Assembly (NCBI GenBank): GCA_964527985.1
Contig: CAZGQZ010000004.1
Span: 3,025-35,739 of the forward strand
DNA length: 32,715 nucleotides
Source: an uncultured Rikenellaceae bacterium
GTDB lineage: Bacteria > Bacteroidota > Bacteroidia > Bacteroidales > Tenuifilaceae
Reading direction: 5' to 3'
Both the position numbers and the translations under genes were made by a program. This document shows, one piece after another, positions 31,326-32,715 of the stretch. Within the stretch, counting starts at the first letter, position 1; each line of letters opens with the position of its first letter. Below the pieces are notes generated by a model. The model was not told the DNA's origin and ran no database searches. It was given only the letters and a program-made list of their open reading frames with translations.

Positions 31326-32519
31326 TTAGTACAGCATTCCTAGCATCCATACTGGGATGCGCTTATCGCTGCCAACCTCTATGCCATCAACCAGTGTGAG
31401 GGTATTGGGGTTTTCGCGTAATTTTTTGGGGACTTTTTTGATGGTTTCAAAGCCCAAAAGTATATCTCCATCAACCTCAATGGCATCGTACTTCGATAGC
31501 CTAAGCTCATGGTTGTTTAGCAGCTGGTTAACGGCAAACGTTTTAAGCAAAGCATTTCGGTTTGTATGGTTTCCGCCTAGCAAAACGCTCATATTTGGGT
31601 TGGCCATGTAAACCTGCTCGGGTTTTTGCAGAATGCTTATTGCGCTACCAGATGGGTACAGAAGGTTTATTAGCTTTGCCTTTTCCATGTGAAAAAGGTA
31701 GCCGATAAGCGTATTTCTATGCAAGTTGGCTCGATTGCTTATGCTAACAAGGTTTGGTTTAAAAGGAGCATTTTGTAAAAAATGACCCATAAGCTGTTTC
31801 AGCTTAAAGCTATTTCTCGAGTCGTACCCTTCAATATTTAGCATGTCCTCTTCAATGGTACCTATAACGAAGCGTTCAATGCTTTGCCTTACCTCTTCAA
31901 CGCTGCTAACCCTTAGTGGATAGGCGCCCTGAGTGAGATACTTATCGAAAAGGGGCAGTATTTTTACATCGCTTGGGATGCTTCTGCTTATGTCAATGTG
32001 GTTTTTTGCTATTTCGCTTAACAATAAAGGTTTAAGCGTAATAACGCCTTGTGATATTAGGTATTCTCTAAACGAAAGATTGTTTATATGATGTATTGTT
32101 GCTCGTTGGCTAAGGTTGGCGTAGTGCTTCAGCATGTCAATTGTTGATGAGCCAGCGAATACAATTTGTAGATTTGGATAGGTTTCGTATATGGTTTTTA
32201 TGTGCTCGCTCCACTGAGGGTGCTTGTGAACATCATCTATAAAAATACGCTCGCCTCCCATTGAGTAAAATTTTCCGACCATACTATTCAGGCTGTTATT
32301 GACAAAGCCAATATCGTTAAGGTTAATGTATATGGCTTTTGGGTCGAAACCGTGTAACTGCTTTAGTGCCTGTAGTAGCAGGGTTGTTTTCCCTACACCT
32401 CTTGGCCCAATAAAGCCGATTAGGCGTGAACTCCATTTGATACTATCGGTTATCGATCGTGAAAACTGTGTGGGCGTTGAGCTAATAAGATGATTTGATT
32501 TTGACCTTTCCTGTTCCAT
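31326..32519 (-). CDS. AAA_14/DUF4143-type ATP-binding protein, apparently degenerate
   Basis: Walker A GPRGVGKT, Walker B IFIDDVH, GSS, LSFREYL, G.YP and terminal IPVWMLGMLY. Confidence 0.85.
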   Translation of the reverse strand: MEQERSKSNHLISSTPTQFSRSITDSIKWSSRLIGFIGPRGVGKTTLLLQALKQLHGFDPKAIYINLNDIGFVNNSLNSMVGKFYSMGGERIFIDDVHKHPQWSEHIKTIYETYPNLQIVFAGSSTIDMLKHYANLSQRATIHHINNLSFREYLISQGVITLKPLLLSEIAKNHIDISRSIPSDVKILPLFDKYLTQGAYPLRVSSVEEVRQSIERFVIGTIEEDMLNIEGYDSRNSFKLKQLMGHFLQNAPFKPNLVSISNRANLHRNTLIGYLFHMEKAKLINLLYPSGSAISILQKPEQVYMANPNMSVLLGGNHTNRNALLKTFAVNQLLNNHELRLSKYDAIEVDGDILLGFETIKKVPKKLRENPNTLTLVDGIEVGSDKRIPVWMLGMLY

Positions 32520-32535
32520 TGCTGAATAGTTTAAG

Positions 32536-32543
32536 CAAATATA
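32536..32543 (-). promoter_or_regulatory. -7 element TATATTTG of the AAA gene
   Basis: Matches TAnnTTTG, 16 nt upstream of ATG 32519. Confidence 0.5.
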
Positions 32544-32612
32544 TACATATTATGCATTCAAGTCAATTCAAAATCAATATAAAATGTGTGGTTAGACCAT
32601 TTTTTTAGAGGG

Positions 32613-32715
32613 TTACGAAGCTTTTATCTTGGCCATATCGGCTTTAAGCAGTAAGTTAATTCTGTTTACTTCGGCCTCAATTATGGCCAAAGTTTCAGCC
32701 AATTCATTAGCATTG
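32613..32715 (-). CDS. C-terminal fragment of a gene entering from the right edge
   Basis: Open frame NANELAETLAIIEAEVNRINLLLKADMAKIKAS* forming an amphipathic helix. Too short to assign a family. Confidence 0.5.
   Translation of the reverse strand, partial: NANELAETLAIIEAEVNRINLLLKADMAKIKAS

Overview
Chromosomal window from a Bacteroidota genome, probably Bacteroidales/Marinilabiliales-like (inferred from T9SS genes, TAnnTTTG promoters and Gln-after-signal-peptide cleavage sites). The left half encodes cell-surface proteins: a partial DUF4296-like lipoprotein, a PorP/SprF-family barrel, its 2876-aa SprB-repeat cargo with a type B CTD (containing a perfect 657-bp internal duplication), a small CxxC protein, and a ~1605-aa secreted protein with four Fib_succ_major (FISUMP) domains, three 39-aa RGGFAVGG repeats and no CTD. 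The right half is mostly housekeeping: sfsA, an APC permease fused to EIIA-like and RCK_C domains, rnr, an M16 peptidase, a small type A CTD protein, cysH, katG, tRNA-Cys(GCA), a CWC protein, folB, glnS and a degenerate-looking AAA_14 ATPase. I saw no integrase, transposase, reverse transcriptase or CRISPR array. The best candidate for an undescribed system is inferential: the CTD-less multi-FISUMP protein may be exported or anchored in trans by the small CTD protein, and both genes carry the same upstream 8-mer at almost the same distance from their start codons. All family assignments come from motif recognition, not database searches.
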